From an uncultured bacterium (GTDB lineage Bacteria > DAOPZR01), in NCBI GenBank assembly GCA_964517215.1, contig CAZFBR010000003.1, forward strand, positions 1 through 54,053: DNA of 54,053 nt. The letters are read 5' to 3'. The position numbers were made by a program, and so were the translations under genes. The notes under the pieces are model-generated. The model ran no database searches and was not told the origin of the DNA. It saw only the letters and a list, made by a program, of their open reading frames with translations. The stretch's first letter is position 1. Each line of letters opens with the position of its first letter. Shown here piece by piece: positions 39,003 through 48,670 of this stretch.

Positions 39003-40352
39003 ATGATAATCGACCCCGCCCGCTCGCCGTTGCTTACGGATCTCTATCAGTTCACCATGCTGCAGGTCTATCATGCCGCCGGCATGACGGACGGCGCGGT
39101 TTTCGAACTCCATTTCCGCCGGTTTGCCGGTGATCGCGCCTTTCTCATGGCGGCCGGGAGCGAATCGGTGCTCGAATGGCTGGAGCAGCTGGCGTTTTCC
39201 CCGGAAGAGTGCGCCTGGCTGAATTCAACCGGGCGGTTTTCTTCAGAGTTTATCGCGAGCCTGGCGGATTTTCGCTTTACCGGCGACGTCGATGCCATGC
39301 CGGAAGGCACGATCTTCTTTGCGGAGGAACCGGTGCTGCGCATCACTGCGCCGCTGCGCGAGGCGCAGCTTATCGAGAGCCGGGTACTTAACCTGATTCA
39401 CTTGCAGACGCTGGTTGCCGCCAAGGCGGCCCGCTGCGTGCTCGCGGCGGGAGGACGCCTGCCGCTCGTTGATTTCGGCCTGCGCCGGGCGTACGGCGCT
39501 GAGGCGGGGATGCTGGCAGCCCGTGCTGCGTATGTTGCGGGTTTTGCCGGCACGGCCACCGTGCTGGCGGGCGAACGGTTTGGCATACCGCTGTTCGGCA
39601 CCATGGCGCATTCGTATATTGAGGCGCATCCCGACGAGGAAGAGGCGTTTGTGCGCTTTGGCCGCGTGCATCCGCACAATACCACACTGCTCATCGATAC
39701 GTATGACATCGTGCGCGGGGCGGAGCGTGCCGCCCGCGCTGCGCTGCGGCTGGCTGCCGAGGGGATTCGCGTGCAGGCAGTGCGCATCGATTCGGGCAAT
39801 TGCGCGGCTGTGGCGCGGCAGGTGCGGGCGGTGCTTGACCGGAATGGCTGCCGGGACGTGCGCATCATGGCCACCGGCAACCTTGACGAGTACGCGCTGG
39901 CCGGCCTGCTGGCGGCGGATGTGCCCGTCGATGCCTGCGGGATCGGCACGCGATTGGTGATTCCATCGGCACCGCCGGATCCTGATTGCGCCTACAAACT
40001 GGTGGCGTATGCGGGCCGGCCGCGCCTGAAATGCTCGGCGGGCAAGGCCACCTGGCCGGGGGCAAAACAGGTGTGGCGCGAATACCGGGACGGGATGATG
40101 GTGGCGGATACGATTGGACTGGCGGAAGAGAAATTGCCGGGCCGGCCGCTGCTCGTGCCGATGCTGCGGAACGGCAAACGGGTGGCTGTGCCGGAACCGT
40201 TGGCCGCCGCGCGGACACGCGCCGCCGCAGAATGTGCTGCGCTTCCGGCCGAGCTGCGTCGTCTGGATGGTGGCGACAGTGCACCGTTCCCGGTGGAGCG
40301 GACGCCGGCCGTGGTTCAGTTGCGATCCGCCACCGAGCGGGAATTCCGCTGA
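39003..40352 (+). CDS. pncB: Nicotinate phosphoribosyltransferase
   Basis: From ATG 39003 the N-terminus LLTDLYQFTMLQVYH is characteristic, with an internal GTMAHSYIEAH. The ORF-track start at 38943 is an upstream extension. Confidence 0.8.
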   Translation: MIIDPARSPLLTDLYQFTMLQVYHAAGMTDGAVFELHFRRFAGDRAFLMAAGSESVLEWLEQLAFSPEECAWLNSTGRFSSEFIASLADFRFTGDVDAMPEGTIFFAEEPVLRITAPLREAQLIESRVLNLIHLQTLVAAKAARCVLAAGGRLPLVDFGLRRAYGAEAGMLAARAAYVAGFAGTATVLAGERFGIPLFGTMAHSYIEAHPDEEEAFVRFGRVHPHNTTLLIDTYDIVRGAERAARAALRLAAEGIRVQAVRIDSGNCAAVARQVRAVLDRNGCRDVRIMATGNLDEYALAGLLAADVPVDACGIGTRLVIPSAPPDPDCAYKLVAYAGRPRLKCSAGKATWPGAKQVWREYRDGMMVADTIGLAEEKLPGRPLLVPMLRNGKRVAVPEPLAAARTRAAAECAALPAELRRLDGGDSAPFPVERTPAVVQLRSATEREFR

Positions 40353-40477
40353 CACCGCGGGAGGGCAATGTGCGGCGATGGCCGGCGGTTTTCCGGGTGC
40401 AGCCGTGATTGCAGCGACATGCCTCTCGGCGCGCGTGGACGAACGATTATGAGCGGTACTGAGACGGGGATGGCGAA

Positions 40478-42013
40478 ATGAAGTATCGCCTGCCTGTGGT
40501 CAGGATGCTGCTGCGCTGGCGGTTCCTGTGGTGGTCGGGCGCGATGGTGCTGGGTACGGCCGCCTATTTTGCCAACAGCAATCCCGGCTGGAGCGCCAAC
40601 AGCCAGTTCGCCCTGACGCGGGCGATCGTCGAACATGGCACCGTTGCCATCGATGCTTATCACCAGGCGCCCGGCATGGAAACCGGCGACAAGGCGTGGT
40701 ATCGCGGCCATTTTTATTGCGACAAGAGCCCGCTCCTGCCGCTGCTGGGGGTGCCGGTATACTGGTGCTATAGGCACAGTTGTGAACTGGCAGGAATCAC
40801 TCCGGACTTTCAGCAGGGCCGCTATTGGACCACGCTGGTCGTGGTTGGTGGTTCGCTGGCGGGGTTGGCCATATTGCTGGCCTGGTTTTTCCACCAGCGC
40901 GGGGTCTCCCCGGCGCGCGCGGCGCTGGGCGGGGCTGGCTGGATGGTTGCCACTCCGCTCATGGGGTTCGGCGTCCTGTTTTCCCAATATGCCCCGACCG
41001 GACTGCTGCTGCTCGGCAGTTTTGCCTGCGTGCAGGACGTGTGGCGCAGTACTGCCGCGGTGCGGCCGGGCAGAGTATTTGCCGGCGGGATGCTGGCCGG
41101 TCTGGCGGTCTGGGGATTGAGCCATCAGCTGCTTGCCGTTACGGGCATTACCGGACTGCTGCTGGCTGGACTGTACCGGCGACGGTGCGGGGTGGCGGTC
41201 ACGGTGCGCACGCTGTTATGGTGGGGCATTGGTGGATTGGCGGGAATCGCAGGGCAGCTGGTGTACGGCCTGCTGGTTTTCGACAGCTGGCTGGCGCTGC
41301 CCTATCACTATGAATACGACGAATACTTCCGCACGAATCTGGCGCGGGGCATGCTGGGGGTGACCCGACCCGATGCATGGGTGGTTTGGCTGCTGCTGTT
41401 CCATCCGTTCCGCGGCCTGCTGTTGTGGTGGCCGGCCACCCTGCTCGCCCTGGTCGGCGCGGGAGTCAGTGCTGTCAAGCCGCGGGCCATGGCGCGCAGC
41501 GAGGCGCTGGCGATTGTGCTGGTTGCTGCCGGGCTGGTGGCGTGCAACAGCGCGTACTTTGTCTGGTGGGGCGGGTGGAGTTATGCCCCGCGCCATCTGT
41601 TGCCGGCGTTGCCGCTGCTGGCGCTCGGGCTGGTACCCTGGCTGCGCCATGCCGGCAAGCCGCTGGCGGGGCTGCTGCTGGCTGGCATTGGTATATCAGC
41701 GGTGCTGAATCTGACCGCCGTGGCGGTCGATCCGCAACCGTCGCCGATGCTGGATGAACAGCTGCTCGCGGTGACGCCGGCGCGGGAAGTGGTGCGCTGG
41801 CCGTCGCCCTACCTGAATCTGCAATGGTGTTTCTGGCAGGAAGGATGGTGTGATCGCAATTTCGGCCATGGTCTCGGGCTGACCGGTGCGGCGACGCTGG
41901 TGCCGCTGGCAGCGTTCTGGATAACCGGCCTGGTGGTGCTGCGGCGGATGGCGCGCAGGCCGATCCGGGAAGAGCAGCGCGGGCGGCAACGGGCGGACGT
42001 GCGCGGCAGTTAG
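40478..42013 (+). CDS. Polytopic membrane protein, GT-C-like (ArnT/PMT-like) glycosyltransferase candidate
   Basis: 511 aa with more than 10 hydrophobic segments. The first loop, TGDKAWYRGHFYCDKSPLLPLLG, resembles the periplasmic loop of GT-C enzymes. The functional call is weak. Confidence 0.5.
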   Translation: MKYRLPVVRMLLRWRFLWWSGAMVLGTAAYFANSNPGWSANSQFALTRAIVEHGTVAIDAYHQAPGMETGDKAWYRGHFYCDKSPLLPLLGVPVYWCYRHSCELAGITPDFQQGRYWTTLVVVGGSLAGLAILLAWFFHQRGVSPARAALGGAGWMVATPLMGFGVLFSQYAPTGLLLLGSFACVQDVWRSTAAVRPGRVFAGGMLAGLAVWGLSHQLLAVTGITGLLLAGLYRRRCGVAVTVRTLLWWGIGGLAGIAGQLVYGLLVFDSWLALPYHYEYDEYFRTNLARGMLGVTRPDAWVVWLLLFHPFRGLLLWWPATLLALVGAGVSAVKPRAMARSEALAIVLVAAGLVACNSAYFVWWGGWSYAPRHLLPALPLLALGLVPWLRHAGKPLAGLLLAGIGISAVLNLTAVAVDPQPSPMLDEQLLAVTPAREVVRWPSPYLNLQWCFWQEGWCDRNFGHGLGLTGAATLVPLAAFWITGLVVLRRMARRPIREEQRGRQRADVRGS

Positions 42014-42207
42014 CGATTGCTGCCGGCGGCGGCTGGCGTTGCCGGGTCGGCAGCGGCGGCCTGGGCGTCGGCAAGGGAAAAGGCAAACCCCTCGTCCTGA
42101 ACCAGGGCGATGCGTTCGCCGGCCGTGCGGCAGGCGAGCACGCGGCGGGCAAACTCCTCGTCGGTTTTCATGCGGATGAAAAAGCTCCTGGCTGATGCAA
42201 TGCTCAT
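42010..42207 (-). CDS. Stand-alone Nif11-domain small protein (65 aa)
   Basis: From ATG 42207, MSIASARSFFIRMKTDEEFARRVLACRTAGERIALVQDEGFAFSLAD fits the Nif11 N-terminal pattern. The Ala/Pro-rich tail has no GG site and no Cys. Confidence 0.5.
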   Translation of the reverse strand: MSIASARSFFIRMKTDEEFARRVLACRTAGERIALVQDEGFAFSLADAQAAAADPATPAAAGSNR

Positions 42208-42319
42208 CCCTGCCTCCGTGTCCGGCGTTGCCGTGTGGCGCATGCACCGGCTGTGCGGATCAAGTAACCGGAACGGCGGCAGGGTTCACTGCCCCGACAG
42301 GGAAAACGGCTGTCGCTAA

Positions 42320-42808
42320 CTATGGGATAATGGCAAGCTGACCGGTGGCGAGGCTGCGGGGAACGTTGATGACGCGCTGGTTATGCGAGCCGCGAAAGGG
42401 CAACTCCGGCGCGTGTGCGGCCGCGCGATAGGGCCCGTCGATGAGCACGTCGAGCAATGCGAGCAGTTGGCGGTATTCGGGCCGAGCCTGCACTTCCTCC
42501 CAGGTAAAACCGGTATAGGCGAGGCAGTGCCGGCGGGCGGCGCGCAGCGGCAGCAGCAGTTCGGCGCACGCCGCCGCCTGCAGAAACGGTTCGCCGCCGG
42601 TGAGGGTGATACCATCGAGGTGTGGTTGCTGCAGAATTGACGCCGCCAATGCCGCACTTTCGATCAATTCGCCGCCTGCCAGGGAATGAGTATGCGGATT
42701 ATGGCAGCCGGGACAGCCGCGGGTGCAGCCCTGCACGAAAACGGCGCACCGCAGACCCGGGCCGTCAACCACGCTTTCGTGAACCACTCCGGCCAGACGC
42801 AGCTTCAC
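42320..42808 (-). CDS. nrdG: Anaerobic ribonucleoside-triphosphate reductase activating protein (radical SAM)
   Basis: N-terminal VDGPGLRCAVFVQGCTRGCPGCHNP contains the CxxxCxxC cluster. It overlaps the nrdD stop by 4 nt. Confidence 0.85.
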   Translation of the reverse strand: MKLRLAGVVHESVVDGPGLRCAVFVQGCTRGCPGCHNPHTHSLAGGELIESAALAASILQQPHLDGITLTGGEPFLQAAACAELLLPLRAARRHCLAYTGFTWEEVQARPEYRQLLALLDVLIDGPYRAAAHAPELPFRGSHNQRVINVPRSLATGQLAIIP

Positions 42809-44823
42809 AGCGGGTGAATGACACGGGCTGCCAGTTCGGCGCGCTTGCCGGAGTTGAAACGGTCGCTGGTGGAGAGATACCCGGTGATCCGCCGCAGGCG
42901 GCGCACGTCACGGCTGTGACAGGCGGGACAATCGTCGGCAAAAACCCCGTGTTGATTGCAGACGGTGCATTCGTCAAGCGGGAAATTGATGCCGGCGTAG
43001 CCCATGTCATGCGCCGCCATGTGGTGCAGCAGTTTGTCGAGGGCGGCCGGGTTGTGCTCAGGCGCTGACGGCAATTCCACGTAGCTGATATGCCCGGAAT
43101 TGCACAGGCGGTGGAACGGGCCCTCGCGCTCGATTTTGGCGAACGCACTGATGGCACAGTCGACCGGGACATGGAAGGAATTGGTGTAAAACCCATGGTC
43201 AGTCACGCCAGGGACCATCCCGACGTTGTCGCGATCGATCTGCGTGAACCGTCCGCTCAGACCTTCCGCCGGGGTGGCGTAGGTGGTGAAATTCAGGTGA
43301 TGCTGTGCGGTCAGGGCGTCGGTGCGCTCGCGCAGATGCCCGACGATGCGCAGACCGAGCTGCCAGGCGGCATCATCACTGCCGTGATGACGGCCGGTGA
43401 GCGCGACCAGCGATTCGGCCAGCCCGATGAAGCCGATGGTCAGCGAGCCGTTGCGCAATGCCGGCCCGATTTCGTCGTCAGGACCGAGTGCGTCAGAACC
43501 GCAGTATATTTTTTCTCCCATCAGGAACGGCAGGTCGCGCACGGTCCGGCGGGCGAGAATGTCAAAACGGTGCAGCAATTGCCGGGCGGCGAGTTCGATC
43601 AGGGTGTCAAATTCCGTCATGAAGGCAGCCACGGATTTGGTGCGCAGCGCCAGACCGGGGAGGTTGAGGGTGACGGCGGCGATATTGCCGCGGCCGGCGA
43701 CAACCTCCGGGCCGCAGCAGTTGGTCATGATGCGGGTGCGGCAGCCCATGTAGGAGACCTCGTCGCCGTAGGCGCGGTTGAAACTGGCGTCCATGAAACT
43801 GAATGTCGGATTCATGCGCCGGCCGGCCACGGTGAGCGCCAGGTGCAGCAGGTCGTAATTGGGATCACCGGCGTTGAAATTAACGCCGGCCTTCAGGCGA
43901 AAGACGATGTTGGGAAAGAGCGGGGTTTCCCCGCGCCCGAGGCCGCGCGCAAAGGCCTGCAGCAGCGCCCGGGTGACCATGCGCCCTTCGGGAGTGGTGT
44001 CGCCGCCGACGTTGACGGTGGAGAAGGGGACGTTGCCGCCGGCACGGCTGTGCATGGTGTTGATGGCAAGCACCAGCGCGGTCATGGCTGCGTCGGCGTC
44101 TGCGGCGGTGGTATCCGGACAGCGCTGGCGGATGAATGCGCCGAGGTCGCGATCGAAGTGGGGGAAACTCTGGCCGCCAAACATGTCGTTCTGGTTGGCA
44201 AGGATGATGGTGGCGGCAAAGGCGGCGGCGGCGGCGAGCGTCGCGGGCGGCGGCATCTGGCCGTGGCCCGGATTGAAGCCCGTGGTCAGCAGGCGCGCCA
44301 GGTCGATCTGCAGGCAATTGGCCGTCAGCGCGTAATAGTCGAGGTCGTGAATGTGCAATTCGCCCCATTCATGCGCCAGCATGAATTCGCGCGGAATGAG
44401 GTGATCGGTGTAGTAGATGCGGCTCGCGGTTGCCGCGATCTGCTGCATTTTGGCGGAGGGTGAGGCGTTGAAATTGGCGTTTTCACGTTGCGGTTCCGCG
44501 ATGATGGCGCCGACAATCTCGCCCAGCTCGTCGCGGGACTCGCGGGCAAACTCCTTTTTCAGGCGGTAGCGGAGATAGGCGTGTGAGGCCCGGCGGTGGC
44601 CGCAACGGGCGAGCACATATTCGACGGTCTCCTCAATGGTTTCGACGTCGCAATCGCGGTCGGAAAATCGCGCCGCAAGGTCGGCGATAACGGCTGCGGT
44701 CAGTTGCTCAAGCTGGTCACTGGCGTCGTTGCCGGCGGCCAGGGCAAACTGCACCGTGTGCCGGATCGCCTGCTCGTCGAAATCGACTGCGGCGCCGTTG
44801 CGCCGGATGACGTGTCCCCGCAT
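42805..44823 (-). CDS. nrdD: Anaerobic ribonucleoside-triphosphate reductase (class III)
   Basis: The ATG at 44823 is preceded by GAGAGGAG. The C-terminal Zn site CTVCNQHG..CPACHS and the glycyl-radical motif RRITGYLS are present. It is adjacent to nrdG. Confidence 0.85.
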   Translation of the reverse strand: MRGHVIRRNGAAVDFDEQAIRHTVQFALAAGNDASDQLEQLTAAVIADLAARFSDRDCDVETIEETVEYVLARCGHRRASHAYLRYRLKKEFARESRDELGEIVGAIIAEPQRENANFNASPSAKMQQIAATASRIYYTDHLIPREFMLAHEWGELHIHDLDYYALTANCLQIDLARLLTTGFNPGHGQMPPPATLAAAAAFAATIILANQNDMFGGQSFPHFDRDLGAFIRQRCPDTTAADADAAMTALVLAINTMHSRAGGNVPFSTVNVGGDTTPEGRMVTRALLQAFARGLGRGETPLFPNIVFRLKAGVNFNAGDPNYDLLHLALTVAGRRMNPTFSFMDASFNRAYGDEVSYMGCRTRIMTNCCGPEVVAGRGNIAAVTLNLPGLALRTKSVAAFMTEFDTLIELAARQLLHRFDILARRTVRDLPFLMGEKIYCGSDALGPDDEIGPALRNGSLTIGFIGLAESLVALTGRHHGSDDAAWQLGLRIVGHLRERTDALTAQHHLNFTTYATPAEGLSGRFTQIDRDNVGMVPGVTDHGFYTNSFHVPVDCAISAFAKIEREGPFHRLCNSGHISYVELPSAPEHNPAALDKLLHHMAAHDMGYAGINFPLDECTVCNQHGVFADDCPACHSRDVRRLRRITGYLSTSDRFNSGKRAELAARVIHPL

Positions 44824-45004
44824 GCTGAACTCCTCTCGCCGCTGAGGCCGGCATCCTAACACGAATCGCGCTGACCGTCAAAACGGGCATGGGCATGGGC
44901 ATTGACGCGCAGCGGGGGTGGTGATAGGATGCGGGCAATGTCCGGGCGGCGCGCAGTTTTCAGGCGGGACCTTTTCCCTGATTTGTCCATGAGAAAGCGG
45001 AACG

Positions 45005-46903
45005 ATGGCCTTGATCAGTGTGCAGGAAATATCGCTGGCGTTTGGCGGGGCGCCGCTGCTCGACCGGGTGAGCTTTCAGCTCGAGCCGGGGCAGCGGGTG
45101 GTGTTGCTCGGCCGGAATGGCGCCGGCAAAACGACGCTGCTGAAGGTGCTGGCGGGGCTGCTGCCGGTTGATGCCGGGGTGGTGACGCGCCACGGCGATA
45201 TCCGGGTGGGGTTTCTGCCGCAGGAAGTGCCGGCGGATATCTCCGGGACGGTGTATGATATTGTGCTCGCGGGGCTGGGCGGGCGGGCGCAACTGCTGGG
45301 CGAGTATCAGCGGGTGAGCCATCGTCTGCAGCAGGAACACACGGCTGCCCTGATGCGGCAGCTTGACGGATTGCAGACGGAACTGGATCGGGCCGGGGCC
45401 TGGGATGTCAGCCGGGAAATCGACACGGCCATCACCCGCATGCAGCTTGATCCCGACGCTGATTTTGCGCTGATGTCCGGCGGACAGAAACGGCGCACCC
45501 TGCTGGCGCGCGCGCTGGTCTGCCGGCCTGAGGTGCTGCTGCTGGACGAACCGACCAACCACCTCGACCTCGATTCCATTGCCTGGCTGGAGGAGTTTCT
45601 GGGCGCGTACCCGGGGGTGGTGTTTTTGGTCACGCATGACCGCGCCTTCATGACTGCGGTGGCGACCAGGATCATGGAACTCGACCGGGGCGCGCTGGCC
45701 GACTGGGAATGCGACTATCCGACATTTCTGGCCCGGCGTCAGCAGGCCTTGGCCAATGAGAACGTGCAGCGCGACAAATTCGCCAAAAAGCTGGCGCAGG
45801 AAGAGGCCTGGATCCGGCAGGGGGTGAAGGCCCGGCGCACCCGCAACGAGGGACGGGTCAGGGCCCTTGAACGCATGCGGGAAGAGCGGCGCGCCCAACG
45901 GCAGGCCGTCGGCCAGGTCAGGCTGCAGGCGCAGGAGGCGGCGCGCTCGGGCCGCCTGGTGCTGGCGGTCGAGCATCTCGGATTCGGTTACGGTGAACGC
46001 TGCCTGATCCGCGACTATTCGGGCTGCATCATGCGCGGCGACAAGATCGGGATTATCGGGCCGAACGGTTCGGGCAAAACGACGCTGCTGCGGCTGCTGC
46101 TCGGCCAGCTGCCGCTGCAGCAGGGCACGGTCGCACCGGGCACGAACCTGGAGGTGCTCTACTACGACCAGCTGCGCGAACAGCTGGACGACCAGCAGAC
46201 GGTGGCGCAGAATGTGTGCGGCGATAATGAGGTGGTCATCATCGACGGCCAGCCGCGCAATATCATCGGCTACCTGCAGGACTTCCTGTTTACCTCCGAC
46301 CGCGCGCGGACGCCGGTCGCCATGCTTTCCGGCGGCGAGCGCAACCGGCTGCTGCTGGCCCGGCTCTTCACCAAGCCGGCCAACCTGCTGGTGATGGACG
46401 AACCGACCAACGACCTCGATATCGAGACGCTGGAACTGCTGGAGGAACTGCTGCTGGAATATTCCGGGACGCTGCTGCTGGTCAGCCATGACCGCGCGTT
46501 CCTCAATAATGTGGTGACCTCGACGATCGTGCTCGAGGGGAACGGCGCGGTCAGGGAGTATCCGGGCGGCTATGACGACTGGCTGCGGCAGCGGTCCGCA
46601 CCGGCCGCGCCGGTCCAGGCCAGAACCAGACCGGCGGCTGCCGCGCCGCCGGCGAAGAAGGCCGCGCCGGCGCGCAAACTGACCTACAACGAGGAGCGTG
46701 AACTCGCGGCGCTGCCGGCGGCGCTGGAAGCACTGGAAGCGGAACGCGAGGAACTCTACCGGCAGATGGCCGACCCCGCCCTCCACCGCACCGAGCCGGC
46801 GGCAATCGCCGCCGCCAAGGCGCGCACGGTGGCACTGGGTGAGGCCATTGACGCCGCCTACCAGCGCTGGGAACAGCTCGAACAGAACAAACGACCGGGT
46901 TAA
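45005..46903 (+). CDS. uup: ABC-F family ATPase (Uup-like): two ABC domains plus a C-terminal coiled-coil tail
   Basis: Two Walker A sites (GRNGAGKTT, GPNGSGKTT), two signature motifs (LSGGQKRR, LSGGERNR), no TM domain, and a charged C-terminus. Confidence 0.8.
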   Translation: MALISVQEISLAFGGAPLLDRVSFQLEPGQRVVLLGRNGAGKTTLLKVLAGLLPVDAGVVTRHGDIRVGFLPQEVPADISGTVYDIVLAGLGGRAQLLGEYQRVSHRLQQEHTAALMRQLDGLQTELDRAGAWDVSREIDTAITRMQLDPDADFALMSGGQKRRTLLARALVCRPEVLLLDEPTNHLDLDSIAWLEEFLGAYPGVVFLVTHDRAFMTAVATRIMELDRGALADWECDYPTFLARRQQALANENVQRDKFAKKLAQEEAWIRQGVKARRTRNEGRVRALERMREERRAQRQAVGQVRLQAQEAARSGRLVLAVEHLGFGYGERCLIRDYSGCIMRGDKIGIIGPNGSGKTTLLRLLLGQLPLQQGTVAPGTNLEVLYYDQLREQLDDQQTVAQNVCGDNEVVIIDGQPRNIIGYLQDFLFTSDRARTPVAMLSGGERNRLLLARLFTKPANLLVMDEPTNDLDIETLELLEELLLEYSGTLLLVSHDRAFLNNVVTSTIVLEGNGAVREYPGGYDDWLRQRSAPAAPVQARTRPAAAAPPAKKAAPARKLTYNEERELAALPAALEALEAEREELYRQMADPALHRTEPAAIAAAKARTVALGEAIDAAYQRWEQLEQNKRPG

Positions 46904-47087
46904 ATGCCGGGCCCGCGGCTGGTGCTGCTGCGGTGTGGTCGATTACCGGCCATCTGGTGGTAGCTGGTCGGGCGGCGCATGGCTTTTCCGGTGATTCCCG
47001 CAGCGGGGCAGTTGCATTCCGGCAGCTTGCCGGGTGGAGGAGAAAGCCGGCTGTTGTTTGATGCAGGCGATGCGGGGCGCGGTGCGG

Positions 47088-47759
47088 CTATTCGCCTGTC
47101 GAAGAGCGGGGAGCGGTGACAGGCGGGAGTGTTGCCGGCCGGCGCAGGATAATAACGCGTTCAGTATCGCGATGCAGAATGGCGAGCCGGTGCCGGTCCG
47201 CCAGCCAGTCCATCGTCGCGGGATGATACAGGGCCACGTGGGTGTCGTCGCTGGTGTAATGCCAGCGGGCAAAATCCGTGCGGTCATGCTGCCATTCGCT
47301 CATCAGGCAGAGCAATCCGTCCGGTGCCAGCAGGCTGAGCAGCCGGTCGAAATCCGCGGCGGGCGCGCAGAAATGCTCGATGACTTCGGTGGCGAAGATC
47401 ACCGGATAGGACGGGCGCGGCGGCGGCGGGGTGAAATGGGGATCATAGCTGTCGCAGGCATGGCCGCGCGCGGCCAGCAGCCCGGCCAGCACCGGGGTCG
47501 GGCCGCACCCGTAATCGAGCGCCAGCGCCGACGGCGGCATGAATGGCAGTGCGGGAATGACTATTTTCTCCAGAAAGCGGACATAGCCGTCATTGGCGGC
47601 GGAATTATGGTGCTGTGCATAGCGCGCCCGCGCGGCGGCAGGAGTTGGATGGCAGGCGGGAGGGGCGAAGACGAGCCGGCAGTGCGGACAGGCATGCAGT
47701 TCTCGCCGGCCGGCGGGCAGCGGGGTCGGATCGGGACAAGCGCAGAGGGGGCAATGCAT
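47088..47759 (-). CDS. Class I SAM-dependent methyltransferase with an N-terminal zinc ribbon
   Basis: From ATG 47759: MHCPLCA...CPHC, followed by the SAM motif ALDYGCGPTPVLAGLL. Confidence 0.7.
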   Translation of the reverse strand: MHCPLCACPDPTPLPAGRRELHACPHCRLVFAPPACHPTPAAARARYAQHHNSAANDGYVRFLEKIVIPALPFMPPSALALDYGCGPTPVLAGLLAARGHACDSYDPHFTPPPPRPSYPVIFATEVIEHFCAPAADFDRLLSLLAPDGLLCLMSEWQHDRTDFARWHYTSDDTHVALYHPATMDWLADRHRLAILHRDTERVIILRRPATLPPVTAPRSSTGE

Positions 47760-47863
47760 GAATTGAGTGTAGCACGCGCGTGTCAGCGTCGGCAACCGTT
47801 GCCCGGTTGCCGCGGTCGCGCGCGGAAGCTATACTCGCGCATGCTGTTGACGGAGATGATGCC

Positions 47864-48514
47864 ATGGCGGAATTGATCGATTTTGTCCGGAACCACCAGG
47901 ACCTGAGCACGGAGCGGGGATTCCAGTTCGAATTCAATTGCGACCGCTGCGGGGCGGGGGTGCGCACGGAGTTTGTCGCCTCGACAACCGGCATGGTGGC
48001 CGGGGTGCTCGATGCGGCCAGCGGCCTGTTTGGCGGCATTCTGGGTTCAGCGGCGGATGTTGGACGGCGGGTGCATTCCGCGGCGTGGGAGCGCGCGCAC
48101 GACACGGAATTCCGGGCCGCGGCGGCGCAGGCCAAACCGAGCTTCATCCAATGCCCGCATTGCAGTGCCTGGGTCTGCCGGGCCAAATGCTGGAACGAGC
48201 GCAAGGGGCTGTGCAAGGAATGCGCGCCCGACCTTGGTGTGGCGATGGCGGCGGCGCAGGCGGCCAAGTCGGTCGAGGAGATCCATGCCCACGCCTGCAT
48301 GGCGGACGAGGACAAGAAACTCGGGGCGGACCAGTGGCGCGCGGGTGTGCGGGCTTCCTGCCCGCAGTGCGAGGCGCCCCTGGCGACCAACGCAAAATTC
48401 TGCGCGGCCTGCGGCGCCAAGCTGCAGGTTGCGGCGCATTGCACGCAGTGCGGGGCAAAACTGACCTCGCACGCGAAGTTCTGTCCCGAATGCGGCGCCA
48501 GGGCGGGCGCATGA
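47864..48514 (+). CDS. Zinc-ribbon domain protein
   Basis: The ATG at 47864 is preceded by GGAGAT. Repeated ribbon motifs: CDRCG, CPHCSAWVC..CKEC, CPQCEAPL..FCAACGAKL and CTQCGAKL..FCPECGA. Confidence 0.7.
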   Translation: MAELIDFVRNHQDLSTERGFQFEFNCDRCGAGVRTEFVASTTGMVAGVLDAASGLFGGILGSAADVGRRVHSAAWERAHDTEFRAAAAQAKPSFIQCPHCSAWVCRAKCWNERKGLCKECAPDLGVAMAAAQAAKSVEEIHAHACMADEDKKLGADQWRAGVRASCPQCEAPLATNAKFCAACGAKLQVAAHCTQCGAKLTSHAKFCPECGARAGA

Positions 48515-48670
48515 GTACGCAGCTGCCGGCAAATATCTCTAATACTTTGCGGTTCAGGTGACGACAAATGCCGTGGGACGATCACAGCCGGCGGTGTGTG
48601 AACCGGCAGGTGTGCGGAATGCCATGCGGGAAACTGAAGCGGGAAAACCGATCATGATGGCGGTGCGCGC

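Noticed and set aside
43090-44463. 457-aa + strand ORF opposite nrdD
   Set aside because: Shadow ORF. The minus strand encodes clear NrdD motifs, including the glycyl-radical site.
44960-46786. 608-aa minus-strand ORF opposite the ABC-F gene
   Set aside because: Shadow ORF. The + strand has duplicated Walker A and signature motifs.
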